A DNA stretch of 32,000 bases from Planctomycetales bacterium (GTDB lineage: Bacteria > 4484-113 > JAFGCY01): positions 480,001 to 512,000 of the forward strand of contig CP060262.1 in NCBI GenBank assembly GCA_022646745.1, read 5' to 3'. The position numbers were made by a program, and so were the translations under genes. The notes under the pieces are model-generated. The model was not told where the DNA came from, searched no databases, and was given only the letters and a program-made list of their open reading frames with translations. Positions 31,869 through 32,000 of the stretch are shown one piece after another (the first letter of the stretch is position 1; each line of letters starts with the position of its first letter).

Positions 31869-32000
31869 TCCTTGATTCTATCCAAGGAGCAAGGTCAAAT
31901 TTGCATCCACGCCGGACACTGCCAGCCGATTTTCCCGCATAATAGGAGTCAGGCCGGGCCCATTGCCGGCTGAGATAATGGATGTCAGCGCGTGGTAGCA

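Noticed and set aside
1-32000. Searched by eye for CRISPR arrays, tRNA/rRNA genes, IS or transposase/integrase genes, toxin-antitoxin pairs, restriction-modification genes, reverse transcriptases and other defence-system hallmarks
   Set aside because: I found no regularly spaced direct repeats and no T-loop-like GGTTCGAATCC-type tRNA signatures in the intergenic gaps. No ORF has nuclease, ATPase, RT or transposase motifs. The only repeats are the short palindromes and CACAGT boxes reported above.

Overview
This is a high-GC bacterial chromosomal segment (roughly 60 percent by eye, with third codon positions strongly G/C). It is almost fully coding on both strands, with about 21 protein genes. 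I found no rRNA, tRNA, CRISPR array, transposase or phage gene. Core genes are a 5'-truncated M20 peptidase, metK, rpe, gyrA, an archaeal/eukaryotic-type pheS, a DUF389 membrane protein, an L,D-transpeptidase, a MocR-type (GntR + aminotransferase) regulator, an ICMT-like methyltransferase and a PD40 beta-propeller protein. Between them lie many predicted cell-surface lipoproteins built from adhesion and propeller modules: a 1201-aa FG-GAP/ASPIC protein, a CAP-like lipoprotein, a kinase-less PASTA protein in an operon with rpe-metK, a 910-aa Fn3/PKD/PQQ-propeller lipoprotein, a 413-aa Fn3/CarboxypepD_reg lipoprotein, and a ~1324-aa cohesin + dockerin + PKD + BNR-propeller lipoprotein. The most system-like undescribed signal is a two-gene module present twice (13465-17855 and 22449-25100). 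Each copy has a lipoprotein carrying a shared uncharacterised ~100-aa domain followed by Fn3, next to an N-terminally membrane-anchored ~430-450-aa protein of unknown family. The second copy sits behind a low-GC, hairpin-rich intergenic region with a repeated GG(G/T)CACAGT box, and the same box flanks the -10 of the neighbouring MocR regulator gene. Other notable points are leaderless-type start contexts at seven genes (-10 hexamer 6-10 nt from the start codon), an orphan intrinsic terminator inside a G-quadruplex-prone tract, and an orphan archaeal-type pheS. All functional calls rest on motifs read by eye from the translations; no database search was possible.
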